DNA of 64,000 bases, taken from positions 20,880-84,879 of IMG/VR virus record IMGVR_UViG_3300020445_000983, one strand, 5' to 3'. The DNA comes from a virus. The notes under the pieces were generated by a model. That model was not told the DNA's origin. It worked only from the letters and a program-made list of their open reading frames with translations, and made no database searches. Below, piece by piece: positions 39,773 to 48,737 of this stretch; within the stretch, counting starts at the first letter, position 1, and each line of letters starts with the position of its first letter. A program made the position numbers and the translations under genes.

Positions 39773-39973
39773 TCATCCTCCATATAGGTTGGGTTCATTA
39801 TAGTCTACTATAATCTTCTCAATGTCCTTCTGTGATAAATTGTTAAACATTGCCCACCTAGGGTCGTCATCATCCCAACTCATTGCAAAAGATCCATCCT
39901 CATTCTGCTTAATGGTTAGACCATCATCAGGATCAGATTCAGGATCAACTGGTTTAATAGTGCGTTCATTCAT
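39773..39973 (-). CDS. Hypothetical protein
   Basis: LTIKQNEDGSFAMSWDDDDPRW; ATGA-coupled start. Confidence 0.65.
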   Translation of the reverse strand: MNERTIKPVDPESDPDDGLTIKQNEDGSFAMSWDDDDPRWAMFNNLSQKDIEKIIVDYNEPNLYGG

Positions 39974-40176
39974 AGTTCTAGTATTCTCCAATGCTGGTCA
40001 TCTGGTGGATCAACCCAAAACCAAAAATCGGGTTGTGATTGAGAAGATAGGAAAACTCTTCCATCCTCTCTCTTATTCTCTATTCTAGCATACGGGTTGT
40101 TATTCATATACCAAGCGAGTTTTTGCTTTGCTGCCTCACTCTGCGGTACTACCTTAACAAAATCTTTCAATGACAT
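39970..40176 (-). CDS. Hypothetical protein
   Basis: 68-aa ORF ending FWFWVDPPDDQHW. Confidence 0.65.
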   Translation of the reverse strand: MSLKDFVKVVPQSEAAKQKLAWYMNNNPYARIENKREDGRVFLSSQSQPDFWFWVDPPDDQHWRILEL

Positions 40177-40202
40177 AAAAAAAGAGGGTCGTGTGACCCT
40201 CT
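40177..40202 (-). terminator. Intrinsic terminator
   Basis: AGAGGGTC-ACAC-GACCCTCT followed by a U tract. Confidence 0.75.
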
Positions 40203-40208
40203 ATTTAT

Positions 40209-40532
40209 TTAATTAGCAGCAAATGCTCGATTGTAAGATTCTTTGACGTATTCGTAAGCAACCGTTGAGTGCTTGACTACGAACTGATAAGCGACCTTGA
40301 GATCTTTACCTAGTTCTTGTATCTCGTACTCGTGGATGCTCCAGCGAATTTTTGCGTCTTCACGATAGTCTTTAAGACTGAGGTGAGTAGATTCTGGTCG
40401 AGTCTTTGCCTTAATTTCTTCAGTCATAGTCATTGCAACAGGTTTTGTGTATTTAGCAGTGGTGACCTTAGAAGTTGTCTTGCGTGCTCTCCTCTTGCGT
40501 GGTGCCTTTGGAGTAGTAGCAGCAGTTGGCAT
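40209..40532 (-). CDS. Hypothetical protein with a basic histone-like N-terminus
   Basis: PKAPRKRRARKTTSK; monocistronic with its own promoter region and terminator. Confidence 0.7.
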   Translation of the reverse strand: MPTAATTPKAPRKRRARKTTSKVTTAKYTKPVAMTMTEEIKAKTRPESTHLSLKDYREDAKIRWSIHEYEIQELGKDLKVAYQFVVKHSTVAYEYVKESYNRAFAAN

Positions 40533-40623
40533 AATGTCGTGAATCTTTTGGACTCCTCCATAATAATGGTGAGGTACTCAATTCCCAGGTGAAATGTAAC
40601 AAATGTTAACTAAAAAGGACAGT

Positions 40624-41562
40624 TTATCCACTGGCATAACTGAGCACTCCAAGTCTCTTTTGAATCAGGTTACCATAATTCTCGTGCAACTCACAACCCA
40701 GATAATGCCTATTCAACTCCTTAGCAACCAGTGCAGTGGTGCCTGATCCTATAAATGGATCTAGTACCACGTCATCTTCACGTGATCCTGCCAGTATGCA
40801 AGGTTTAACCAAATCAGGTGGGAACGTAGCAAAGTGTGCACCCTTGTAAGGTCTATTTGTTATCTTCCATACACTACGTTTGTTCCTCTTATCATACACC
40901 ATTTTACGTGGTCTAGTTAACCCTGAGAAGGTGTTATTAGTGTCTTTAGTGTTATCCATATTGATGGGGTTATTGCCTCCCCAACGCTCTCCTACTGCCT
41001 TCTCCTTGATACTCTCGTGGTCATAATAATAGTTCTTATTCTTACTTAAGAGGAACAAATACTCGTGAGATTTAGTGCACCTATCTTTGACACTTTCAGG
41101 CATAGGGTTAGGTTTGTGCCATATTATATCCTGACGTAAATACCAACCATCTGCACGTAGTGCAAATGCTAACATCCAAGGGATGCCAATTAGATCCTTT
41201 TCTTTATATCCTTCTAACTTATTACCTCTCTTATTTGTATACTCTGGTAAGTCTTGGTTATTACTAGCAATAGTTTGTTGAGGATATGTTCTACTGCCTT
41301 TCCCAGGTCTATAATTATAGTAACTATCACCAATATTCAACCATAATGTGCCATCATCAGTAAGACAATCTCTCACTAATCTAAATGTTTTTACCATCTC
41401 TTGAATATACTCTTCTGGAGTAGATTCCTGTCCTATTTGTGATGCTTCGCCACCATAATCTCTTAGACCATAATAAGGTGGAGAAGTCACACACATTTGA
41501 CATTTAGTGGTGATATTCTTCAATGATTCTCTACAATCACCATAGAGAATTGTGTCTTTCAT
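40624..41562 (-). CDS. Beta-class N4-cytosine (N4/N6) DNA methyltransferase, M.Cfr9I/M.SmaI-like
   Basis: VTSPPYYGLRDYG, DGTLWLNIGDSY, KDLIGIPW.LAFAL..DGWYLR.DI.W.KPN.MPESVKDR, AHFATFP, VLDPFIGSGTT. Confidence 0.9.
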   Translation of the reverse strand: MKDTILYGDCRESLKNITTKCQMCVTSPPYYGLRDYGGEASQIGQESTPEEYIQEMVKTFRLVRDCLTDDGTLWLNIGDSYYNYRPGKGSRTYPQQTIASNNQDLPEYTNKRGNKLEGYKEKDLIGIPWMLAFALRADGWYLRQDIIWHKPNPMPESVKDRCTKSHEYLFLLSKNKNYYYDHESIKEKAVGERWGGNNPINMDNTKDTNNTFSGLTRPRKMVYDKRNKRSVWKITNRPYKGAHFATFPPDLVKPCILAGSREDDVVLDPFIGSGTTALVAKELNRHYLGCELHENYGNLIQKRLGVLSYASG

Positions 41563-41567
41563 AATAA

Positions 41568-41897
41568 TTAGCGTTCATCAATAGGTGGTAACATATCATT
41601 ACCAGGATGTTCAACTATCTTGCCGTGATAGTTTCTGACGTTGCGAGGATAAAGAGATTCATCTATCTCAATATCTAACCAGTCACTTGCATATATTAGC
41701 ACATTACAGAACGTTTTGCCGTGTAATGCTTCAGGTGCATCAGTTTCGTGGGTGCAAATAGTAATATAATCATCACCAACAAATGATATGTATCCAGTGT
41801 GATCTTGGAATTTAATGTATGTACCAAGTTCGAGAGATTTAAGGATGTTTCTCATTTCTATTTGGATAGCGTTGGCAAGGAAAAGATTAATCGTCAC
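41568..41897 (-). CDS. Hypothetical protein (SH3/Tudor-like beta pattern)
   Basis: GTYIKF..HTGYISFV.DDYITIC. Confidence 0.6.
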   Translation of the reverse strand: MTINLFLANAIQIEMRNILKSLELGTYIKFQDHTGYISFVGDDYITICTHETDAPEALHGKTFCNVLIYASDWLDIEIDESLYPRNVRNYHGKIVEHPGNDMLPPIDER

Positions 41898-42466
41898 AAC
41901 ACATAGAATTGTAGCATATAACCATCCTGCTCACAATTATTATTACTTAATGAACAATTAATTGTTGATGGATAGATCATAAATGACCCTTCTTCTGGTT
42001 GATAACTAAACTTATTAGAATTAAGAGGATTATCAGATAAAAACTTCCATTTAGGTGACACTGAGTGCCAACTATTCCAAGGTGTTTCAAATGTTATTGT
42101 ACAATCAGGTTTGTGCATAAAATATAAACCAGTCAACAGAGTATGAGATATATTCTGTTGAAAATCAATAGTTTGATTAGGTTTAACTTTACGACAATAA
42201 TTATGTCCTAATTTATACTCAAACGCATCAATATCACAAGCAAGAAAATTAGATAAAAAATATTCTAGTTGTTGATGTATTAATACGTGCCAAGCACGAT
42301 ATATTTCAGCAACATCACGTTGAATAGTCTTACCAGTTTCACTATCATAAACTAATGTCCTACAGTGTTGTTTAAAACCATTTGAAACTTCGCTGTTAGT
42401 TATATACAACGGAGTGGCAAATGCTGGTACTATATCAATAGCATTAAATTGGATTCGGTTTGTCAT
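41894..42466 (-). CDS. Degenerate 2OG-Fe(II) oxygenase-fold protein lacking the iron ligands
   Basis: FATPLY..., LTGLYF, PEEGSFMIYPS framework is kept, but the HxH position reads QQN and the distal His is absent. Confidence 0.65.
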   Translation of the reverse strand: MTNRIQFNAIDIVPAFATPLYITNSEVSNGFKQHCRTLVYDSETGKTIQRDVAEIYRAWHVLIHQQLEYFLSNFLACDIDAFEYKLGHNYCRKVKPNQTIDFQQNISHTLLTGLYFMHKPDCTITFETPWNSWHSVSPKWKFLSDNPLNSNKFSYQPEEGSFMIYPSTINCSLSNNNCEQDGYMLQFYVL

Positions 42467-42692
42467 AATGATGTTGTCTTAGGTGAAGTTCATCTACTAT
42501 CTCATCAATAATGTGTAGTTTCTCGTGTAATTCATTATCATCTATTCTGTTATCGCTATTTTGTTGATACAAACTACCGATATACATTGTAACTGCTTTA
42601 CGCAAGATTGCGATCTGTTCGTTGTTAAGAATACGAGACCTAATACCGTGCATTTGGGGTGCTACTGCGGGATGAATTGATAAGGGAGACAT
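42444..42692 (-). CDS. Hypothetical protein
   Basis: 82-aa ORF with an ACTAAATA late-like box upstream. Confidence 0.6.
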   Translation of the reverse strand: MSPLSIHPAVAPQMHGIRSRILNNEQIAILRKAVTMYIGSLYQQNSDNRIDDNELHEKLHIIDEIVDELHLRQHHYDKPNPI

Positions 42693-42738
42693 TGCAAATT
42701 ACCTGACCTGATAATGTATTTAGTACTCAAATTATACC

Positions 42739-43413
42739 CTAAAGTAGAGGAATAAGCGAGAATTGGTCATCTGGGAGTGTAGGTTCTGTTAGAATATCAA
42801 AACCCAATGTTATCCTAGGTGAATCATCATAGTCTTCATTAACAACAACTCTGTGCATCCTTTCCCATCCTGGTCCAAAATATATGTTACCAACTACGTT
42901 CTCTATGTTATATTTAAGAGACCCTTGTTTGAATTCTGTTGTACTATTTTTAGGATCAATACTTACATATCCGTGATAAGGAAAATGATGATCGTGCCAT
43001 TTCAATACTTCATTTTGCTTATGAAAGTTCATCCAACATTGCATCCACAATGGTTGATTGTTGCCTAAAGTATCACGAACTACTTGTTTTATATTCTTAA
43101 ATAAGAACCAATATAATGGTGAGGGTGATGTTAAATTAAATACATTATAAAATCTATATCCAGACATATCTGCCTCTGCCATTTCTTTTATGGTACCCTT
43201 ATCTTCTGCTGATGTATCACTGAACAGCGTAGGTAATGCTGATAATGTAAAATTATCACTCTTTAAACTACTATCACATCCTGTAAATGTGTTTTTAAAT
43301 AGTCTATAACTACGTCCTAATTGTGTAATCATTTCTTGTTGCTCACGTTGAACAACTTCAGCACGATACAGTACCCAGTCGTCACCCTTTTCAATTAGAT
43401 TTAAATCAGACAT
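42739..43413 (-). CDS. 2OG-Fe(II) oxygenase
   Basis: WMNFH...LKWHDH...HRVV...RITLGFD. Confidence 0.8.
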   Translation of the reverse strand: MSDLNLIEKGDDWVLYRAEVVQREQQEMITQLGRSYRLFKNTFTGCDSSLKSDNFTLSALPTLFSDTSAEDKGTIKEMAEADMSGYRFYNVFNLTSPSPLYWFLFKNIKQVVRDTLGNNQPLWMQCWMNFHKQNEVLKWHDHHFPYHGYVSIDPKNSTTEFKQGSLKYNIENVVGNIYFGPGWERMHRVVVNEDYDDSPRITLGFDILTEPTLPDDQFSLIPLL

Positions 43414-44020
43414 TACTATATGCTCCGTTGGTTGGTGGTGTATCTTTTGAAAGATTTATATTAACAACTGGTCTCCATTTTGTTGATGGAGTTGTTGATG
43501 AGTGGAATAAATCACCTTGAAATATGACAGCACGTCCTTTCTTTGGTGGTATTCTAGTCATTTCAGTGAACTCACCCTTGCTAAGAATAGATTGATATTC
43601 TTGATCGCTTAAGGTACGCTCGTTGTAAATAACTGTATCGCCATCACTGTCATCAATATAATATACCACATTCCAAGAATCCTTAACATAACTATCAATA
43701 TGGGGTAATTGTATATGATTAGCGAACATATTGGGGACACAATTTATTCGCATACGCATCAAATTGTAGCATTTAACTTGCTCCATTGCCATAAGAGATA
43801 AGGGAGTGAAAGCATTACATAAGGGTGACAGATTCCCTCCTTTATCCATTTCAAATAGATAATGAAAATTACAGAAACCATTGCGAGGATCTCCCTCCAG
43901 TTCCTCCATAATGGCACTGTCCTTCCTATGCCACGTTAGATTCTCATCTTTAATTAATGCTATCAACCATTCTTGATAGATTGGTGGTATGAGATCATCC
44001 ACCACATAAAAGTCATTCAT
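43406..44020 (-). CDS. 2OG-Fe(II) oxygenase
   Basis: PHID...YYIDDSDGDT...PKKGRAVIF.G..FHSS...R.VVNIN. Confidence 0.85.
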   Translation of the reverse strand: MNDFYVVDDLIPPIYQEWLIALIKDENLTWHRKDSAIMEELEGDPRNGFCNFHYLFEMDKGGNLSPLCNAFTPLSLMAMEQVKCYNLMRMRINCVPNMFANHIQLPHIDSYVKDSWNVVYYIDDSDGDTVIYNERTLSDQEYQSILSKGEFTEMTRIPPKKGRAVIFQGDLFHSSTTPSTKWRPVVNINLSKDTPPTNGAYSNV

Positions 44021-44730
44021 AAGAGTTCAACCTCAGCAAGATCATCTTCATAATTTTCTTCAATTTGTCCAGGTCCCTCAGCAGGTCCATAGTACACGTC
44101 ATTATTTTGTCTTCGTTGACAAGTAATGACCTCCTCACTTGCTGACTCCCAAGGTGCTGCAAGCATTGGTCTACCATCATATTTTAGTCTAGCATACTCT
44201 CCATTTTGCTCTACGTATGAAACAAAGCACTGTATCTGTGACCCCTTCCCTTCATACTTCTCTCTCCAATGTAAATCCTCGTGTCCTCTGAATATACAAG
44301 AATCACCCTCATTTAGAAATATCTCATATTTTTTATTCTGTACTATTATTTGCATTGCCCAAGGATAGTCTGGATCTTCACTAACACATATATTACCAAC
44401 CCATTCACCTGACATTCTATCTCTATGTTTGACGCAAGATGTACCCTCAACATATAATCTACCATAACAAAATGTCTGCCATAATGGTATGTTACCTATA
44501 ATCTTCTCAACTATTGGTTGTTGATATTGTCCTAGTGCTTCAAAACATACAGGGCAGTACATACTCCAAGCACCAGGCATTGTGGGATCTCCCAGGTCAG
44601 CATTGGGATATTGCCATTTAATTACATCCTTCATCATATGATATTCCATTGCTACGTGTTTACATAGTTCTTTTGGTATCATATTACGAACGATCCACAT
44701 TCGTCCTTCGATAATAGTTTCTATATTCAT
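44017..44730 (-). CDS. 2OG-Fe(II) oxygenase (prolyl-hydroxylase-like)
   Basis: YGRLY..G...KHRDR...GD...F.G....HWRE...Q.F..Y. Confidence 0.85.
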   Translation of the reverse strand: MNIETIIEGRMWIVRNMIPKELCKHVAMEYHMMKDVIKWQYPNADLGDPTMPGAWSMYCPVCFEALGQYQQPIVEKIIGNIPLWQTFCYGRLYVEGTSCVKHRDRMSGEWVGNICVSEDPDYPWAMQIIVQNKKYEIFLNEGDSCIFRGHEDLHWREKYEGKGSQIQCFVSYVEQNGEYARLKYDGRPMLAAPWESASEEVITCQRRQNNDVYYGPAEGPGQIEENYEDDLAEVELL

Positions 44731-45356
44731 ATTGCCTTCGCAAAGAATACTAAGGTGAGTCTACCAGTAGTTATATTATCACCAAAGAAGTCACCAGCAG
44801 AGTGATACTTTTGACCATCAAATAACAGGCATCTATTATATCTTGCCTCACATATAGTATTTGAAGTAAATGGTCTATTCTTCTCTCTTATCATCTTATT
44901 ACCTTCAGCACGCACATCTTCATCATCAGTTAATACATTAGATTTGAAGTCCTCAGTATACCCTACTCGGTCATCATTCTCTGGTACATCATATAATATA
45001 GTACCACACCCATTTGTATAAGTTTCGTTCAAATATATCATTCCACCTACACCAAACTGTGCAGAGTCTCGATGTACCCAACCACAGTCGTAATTACCAG
45101 TACAAAGATGAAACGTAGACTCTAATCTTTCGAATTGAGTATATCCAGGTAGATAATCTATGAGTTTAGAACATAATCTTTGATGGAAATGATAGTCTAA
45201 TTCGTGTAACAAATGACTTGATCTTTTCCCTGGCCAATTACCTTTAGCAGGGTGATCTTTGCACACTAAGTAATCTAAACTAAGTGCCCAGTTCCTAATC
45301 ACAGAGGGCGTTTCAAAGAAATTGTCTATTATTACTGTAGGAATTTGATTGGGCAT
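44727..45356 (-). CDS. 2OG-Fe(II) oxygenase (DUF6445-like)
   Basis: IIDNFF..P...WPGKRS...GWVHRD...IYLN...YNR..LFDG..YHSA...RLTLVFF. Confidence 0.85.
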   Translation of the reverse strand: MPNQIPTVIIDNFFETPSVIRNWALSLDYLVCKDHPAKGNWPGKRSSHLLHELDYHFHQRLCSKLIDYLPGYTQFERLESTFHLCTGNYDCGWVHRDSAQFGVGGMIYLNETYTNGCGTILYDVPENDDRVGYTEDFKSNVLTDDEDVRAEGNKMIREKNRPFTSNTICEARYNRCLLFDGQKYHSAGDFFGDNITTGRLTLVFFAKAI

Positions 45357-46033
45357 TGTGGTCGGTCACCAAACATTAGGGTCTTAGATAGATGAGGGAT
45401 GAGATTCTTGAGGTTAACTCGCTTCTCACCCATATCTATTCGTTCTTGTGTAGGTTTAGATTTCACTAAACGGTACTCTTGCATCATATTATTCTCTTGA
45501 TAAAATGCAACACGATAGATAGGATCACCTCTCTTAATTATAAGAGGTTTAGTTCTATCTATTATATCAACTGCAAATGACAGTGGTCTCTCCCATTGAG
45601 ATAAGTTCCACCTCCCAGAGATCAGATTGAAATTATTATTGAGTGCTGTGAGTCCTGTATCCTTCTGCTCTACCCATATATTCTTTGCCTTTGTCCACAT
45701 CATAATCTTAGGGATGAACATTTGTATTGAAGGATGTATATGCCAATCCTTAATTGGTAATACAAATCTATCAAATAGTCCTACAAGATTAGGTGAGTTG
45801 ATACTCTGATTCTCATAATCAAACTCTAATGTTAAATCTCTAGGTGCATAGACAGTGAACTCTCTCTTTGTTAAATGTGACCAAGCAGGGCATTTATAGT
45901 ACTTTAATTCATTAGTCTTCTCATCAATATGTCTTGTTGGTTCAATCCCAACACCATCTATCTCTAATGATGACTTGAGAGCATCATAAGCACCACCTTC
46001 GAATTGATAATAATATATGTCAACCATTGCCAT
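45332..46033 (-). CDS. CP-motif protein, paralog 1 (possible dUTPase-like beta-clip fold)
   Basis: KCPAW, VYAPRD, IIKRGDPIYRV, C-terminal CP. Confidence 0.7.
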   Translation of the reverse strand: MAMVDIYYYQFEGGAYDALKSSLEIDGVGIEPTRHIDEKTNELKYYKCPAWSHLTKREFTVYAPRDLTLEFDYENQSINSPNLVGLFDRFVLPIKDWHIHPSIQMFIPKIMMWTKAKNIWVEQKDTGLTALNNNFNLISGRWNLSQWERPLSFAVDIIDRTKPLIIKRGDPIYRVAFYQENNMMQEYRLVKSKPTQERIDMGEKRVNLKNLIPHLSKTLMFGDRPQCPIKFLQ

Positions 46034-46550
46034 TCTTTTTCCTTTGACTGGAATTACCTAATGGTGATGTCCATCTTAAATTATCAATATGATTATTTGA
46101 CGTGTCTGCGTCAATATGGTCAACATAAGCAGATTCTCTTACAAATTGCTTCATTGATTCAGGTGACTTATCCCAATCTGCTTTAGGAACAGGTGGATGC
46201 TCATCAATAGGTTCCCAGGTCTCCTTTACCGCTCTATGATATCTAATATTAACTTTACTGTGTTTTGAACTAACTTGTCCTGCACCATTGGTGGATGCAA
46301 CATAATCATATTCCTTAAAGAATCCTATAGGAACACTCAAATTAACAGCAAGAGGTCTAGCATATGTTCCTTTTACCCCACGCTCTTCAACTAACTGTTT
46401 TCTTGTATGATCTAACATTTTGGGAGTACCTCTTCCCTTTGTTCGTTTGTTGCTAAGAATTTTACCACACTTACTCACATAATAATCTGGTATTTCCCTT
46501 CCCTTATGAATGAGTGGTTTGAACTCGATGTTGTTAAAAAGCATTTTCAA
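46020..46550 (-). CDS. NUMOD4-HNH homing endonuclease
   Basis: IPDYYVSKCGKILS; YHRAV; VDHIDAD..NNHIDNLRW...N. Confidence 0.85.
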   Translation of the reverse strand: MKMLFNNIEFKPLIHKGREIPDYYVSKCGKILSNKRTKGRGTPKMLDHTRKQLVEERGVKGTYARPLAVNLSVPIGFFKEYDYVASTNGAGQVSSKHSKVNIRYHRAVKETWEPIDEHPPVPKADWDKSPESMKQFVRESAYVDHIDADTSNNHIDNLRWTSPLGNSSQRKKNGNG

Positions 46551-46580
46551 ATTGCAAACTATAGTAATTGTACCATAAAA

Positions 46581-47300
46581 TCAACCATTGAACAACCACC
46601 CGAAGGGACATTTCTCTTCCTTGTCTTTAAAGATGAGATCATCAGCAAGATGAGATTGAAAATGTTTCACCTTCATTCTCTTATACACATCTAATAGTAA
46701 TTCAGTATGTGGTCGTGCCTTCTCCATTTTAAATGTCTGGTCAAGATTGTCCTCTTGATAAAATGCTAATTTATAAATCGGATCTCCACGTTTAATAACA
46801 ACAGGTTCATTTGGATCACATATATTAAATCCAAATGATATTGGTCTACACCAAGATGATAAATTAAACCAACCATTTGTTAGTGTGAAATTATTATTAC
46901 GTGATGTCATTGGGTGATCTTTAACTTCAACCCATACTCTCTTTGATTCAGTCCAACATAGTACCATTGGACACATTATTTGAATTGTTGTTATCGGTGG
47001 TTTTTTATTTTCTACCTTAACATAATTATTAACCTCTTCATTGGTCATACTAGGTGAACCAACTGCACCTCTTTCATTATCAATATGCAATATTATTTCA
47101 CGAGGTGCATAAACTATAAACTCTCTTGAGTTCTTATGCCTCCAAGCAGGACATTCCCAATTGGGTGTATTCCCAGGTGAGTAAGTTTCGAGAACTTTTT
47201 TTGGTTCAAGACCAACTCCATCCACATCTATACAAGAATCCCAAGCATCAAGAGTATTATGTACTCCTTCATATTGATAGTAATTAATCTTGACAGACAT
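46581..47300 (-). CDS. CP-motif protein, paralog 2
   Basis: ECPAW, VYAPRE, VIKRGDPIYKL, C-terminal KCPF; colinear with 45332-46033. Confidence 0.7.
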   Translation of the reverse strand: MSVKINYYQYEGVHNTLDAWDSCIDVDGVGLEPKKVLETYSPGNTPNWECPAWRHKNSREFIVYAPREIILHIDNERGAVGSPSMTNEEVNNYVKVENKKPPITTIQIMCPMVLCWTESKRVWVEVKDHPMTSRNNNFTLTNGWFNLSSWCRPISFGFNICDPNEPVVIKRGDPIYKLAFYQEDNLDQTFKMEKARPHTELLLDVYKRMKVKHFQSHLADDLIFKDKEEKCPFGWLFNG

Positions 47301-47826
47301 AGTTGAAATTAATGACGATTCTATTTGTAGCGAGGGTAGGACAGGACGATGCGTGCATTTTTAAACCATCAAAAATAACGAGTTTCCCCTTCTCTGGTTT
47401 AATGGTTTGCTCAATCTCACCATTCTTTGCAAAAAAGTGAGTATCACCGTCAGAATCATTCACATAATACAGTGCTGTAGTATGTGGAATCTCTGCATCT
47501 ATATGTGGCATATTATAACCTATCCTTGTAGGTAATAGCAACCCTCCCTTAACTCTCAGTAGTTCGTGTTTAGGAGTTGGGACAAACGAGAGAAAAAGTG
47601 GAAATAAAAAATCCCAATATTGATCCTCTATCTTATTATCTCTATCGTAGAACATATGTGCAAATCCTGGAGTGCTCTGAGCATTAGGATACCTGCTCCT
47701 CATCTCACTGGTGTAAGCATATGTTACATCACTCAATAGATGCCAATCAAATCTAACATTGGACATCATTGAATGAATCTTGTCCTGATATAGTTCAGGT
47801 ATAATATCTCTTCTTACTTCAATCAT
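47284..47826 (-). CDS. 2OG-Fe(II) oxygenase
   Basis: PHID...LYYVNDSDGDT...FDG..MHASS.P...RIVINFN; start refined. Confidence 0.85.
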   Translation of the reverse strand: MIEVRRDIIPELYQDKIHSMMSNVRFDWHLLSDVTYAYTSEMRSRYPNAQSTPGFAHMFYDRDNKIEDQYWDFLFPLFLSFVPTPKHELLRVKGGLLLPTRIGYNMPHIDAEIPHTTALYYVNDSDGDTHFFAKNGEIEQTIKPEKGKLVIFDGLKMHASSCPTLATNRIVINFNYVCQD

Positions 47827-48472
47827 TGCCACCGTACATAATTGCAAGACAGACTCTATCATCATCTGACTGTGATGGTTCTGTTCTATGTTTCAACCAA
47901 CCAGGAAATACCAGGACATCACCCGTTTCAACGGGTATAGTTTTCCACAGATCTAACTGTGGTTCTCCAGGTGATCCCCATCTATGATATTCATAAGGAT
48001 CTCTAAATTGAAAGTGCCCTGAATTAGTAGAGTGCTTAAGATATGCAGAGATAACTAAAGGACAACCATTGTGGTGGTGCTCCATAGTCATTCCACTTCT
48101 CTTGTGTGTATTAACCCAAGATCTAATAGGTACAGGTTGACCACTACCATAATCCCAGTGATTCCACAATGCGTGGAGATATGGTTGCATATGATTTATA
48201 AATGGTTGCAGTATCTCCCAGTAATGTGGTTGATGCTCAACATTATATGCAGTTGAGAAAGCATTACCAGTTTCTAATGCTGCACCAGTACCAGTATTTT
48301 GAATGGTATGGTCAATTAGTTTTCCACAATGCTCTTGCAATGATGTACCATCATATTTAAAATCATATTTAAATCTCCACAACCAGTGTGGAGATACAGG
48401 AATAGTTTCTTGCTCTTTTAATATGTCAAGCAGATGTCCCACCAATAACCTCCATTTCTTCGGTACCTCCAC
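47819..48472 (-). CDS. 2OG-Fe(II) oxygenase (TIGR02466-like)
   Basis: SWVN...EHHH...GDVLVFPGWLKHRT...R; true start uncertain (a GTG follows GGAGG). Confidence 0.85.
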   Translation of the reverse strand: MEVPKKWRLLVGHLLDILKEQETIPVSPHWLWRFKYDFKYDGTSLQEHCGKLIDHTIQNTGTGAALETGNAFSTAYNVEHQPHYWEILQPFINHMQPYLHALWNHWDYGSGQPVPIRSWVNTHKRSGMTMEHHHNGCPLVISAYLKHSTNSGHFQFRDPYEYHRWGSPGEPQLDLWKTIPVETGDVLVFPGWLKHRTEPSQSDDDRVCLAIMYGGND

Positions 48473-48737
48473 CAGTCTGGTCGAGATCAGTTAATGATGG
48501 CATTGCAGTATCAGAGTCATCACCTAATACATCTCTCTTACATATTAACAGTGCATCAATAGCACCTTCAAGTTGTGACTTACGTTTAAATGCGTCACTA
48601 CGCTTCTCAAATTCGATAGTGGTAACACCATAAGGATTTAGTTTCTTATCACTAAACTCCTTATCATAATTTTCAATATCTACATCACACTGTTGCTTCT
48701 GTAGATAGAAGTTTTGTATAAGTTCATCAATAGTCAT
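48426..48737 (-). CDS. Hypothetical helical protein
   Basis: 103-aa coupled ORF. Confidence 0.65.
   Translation of the reverse strand: MTIDELIQNFYLQKQQCDVDIENYDKEFSDKKLNPYGVTTIEFEKRSDAFKRKSQLEGAIDALLICKRDVLGDDSDTAMPSLTDLDQTGGGTEEMEVIGGTSA

Noticed and set aside
46020-46550. Group I intron around the HNH gene
   Set aside because: The flanking genes are complete paralogs, not split exons, and there is no room for a ribozyme core.
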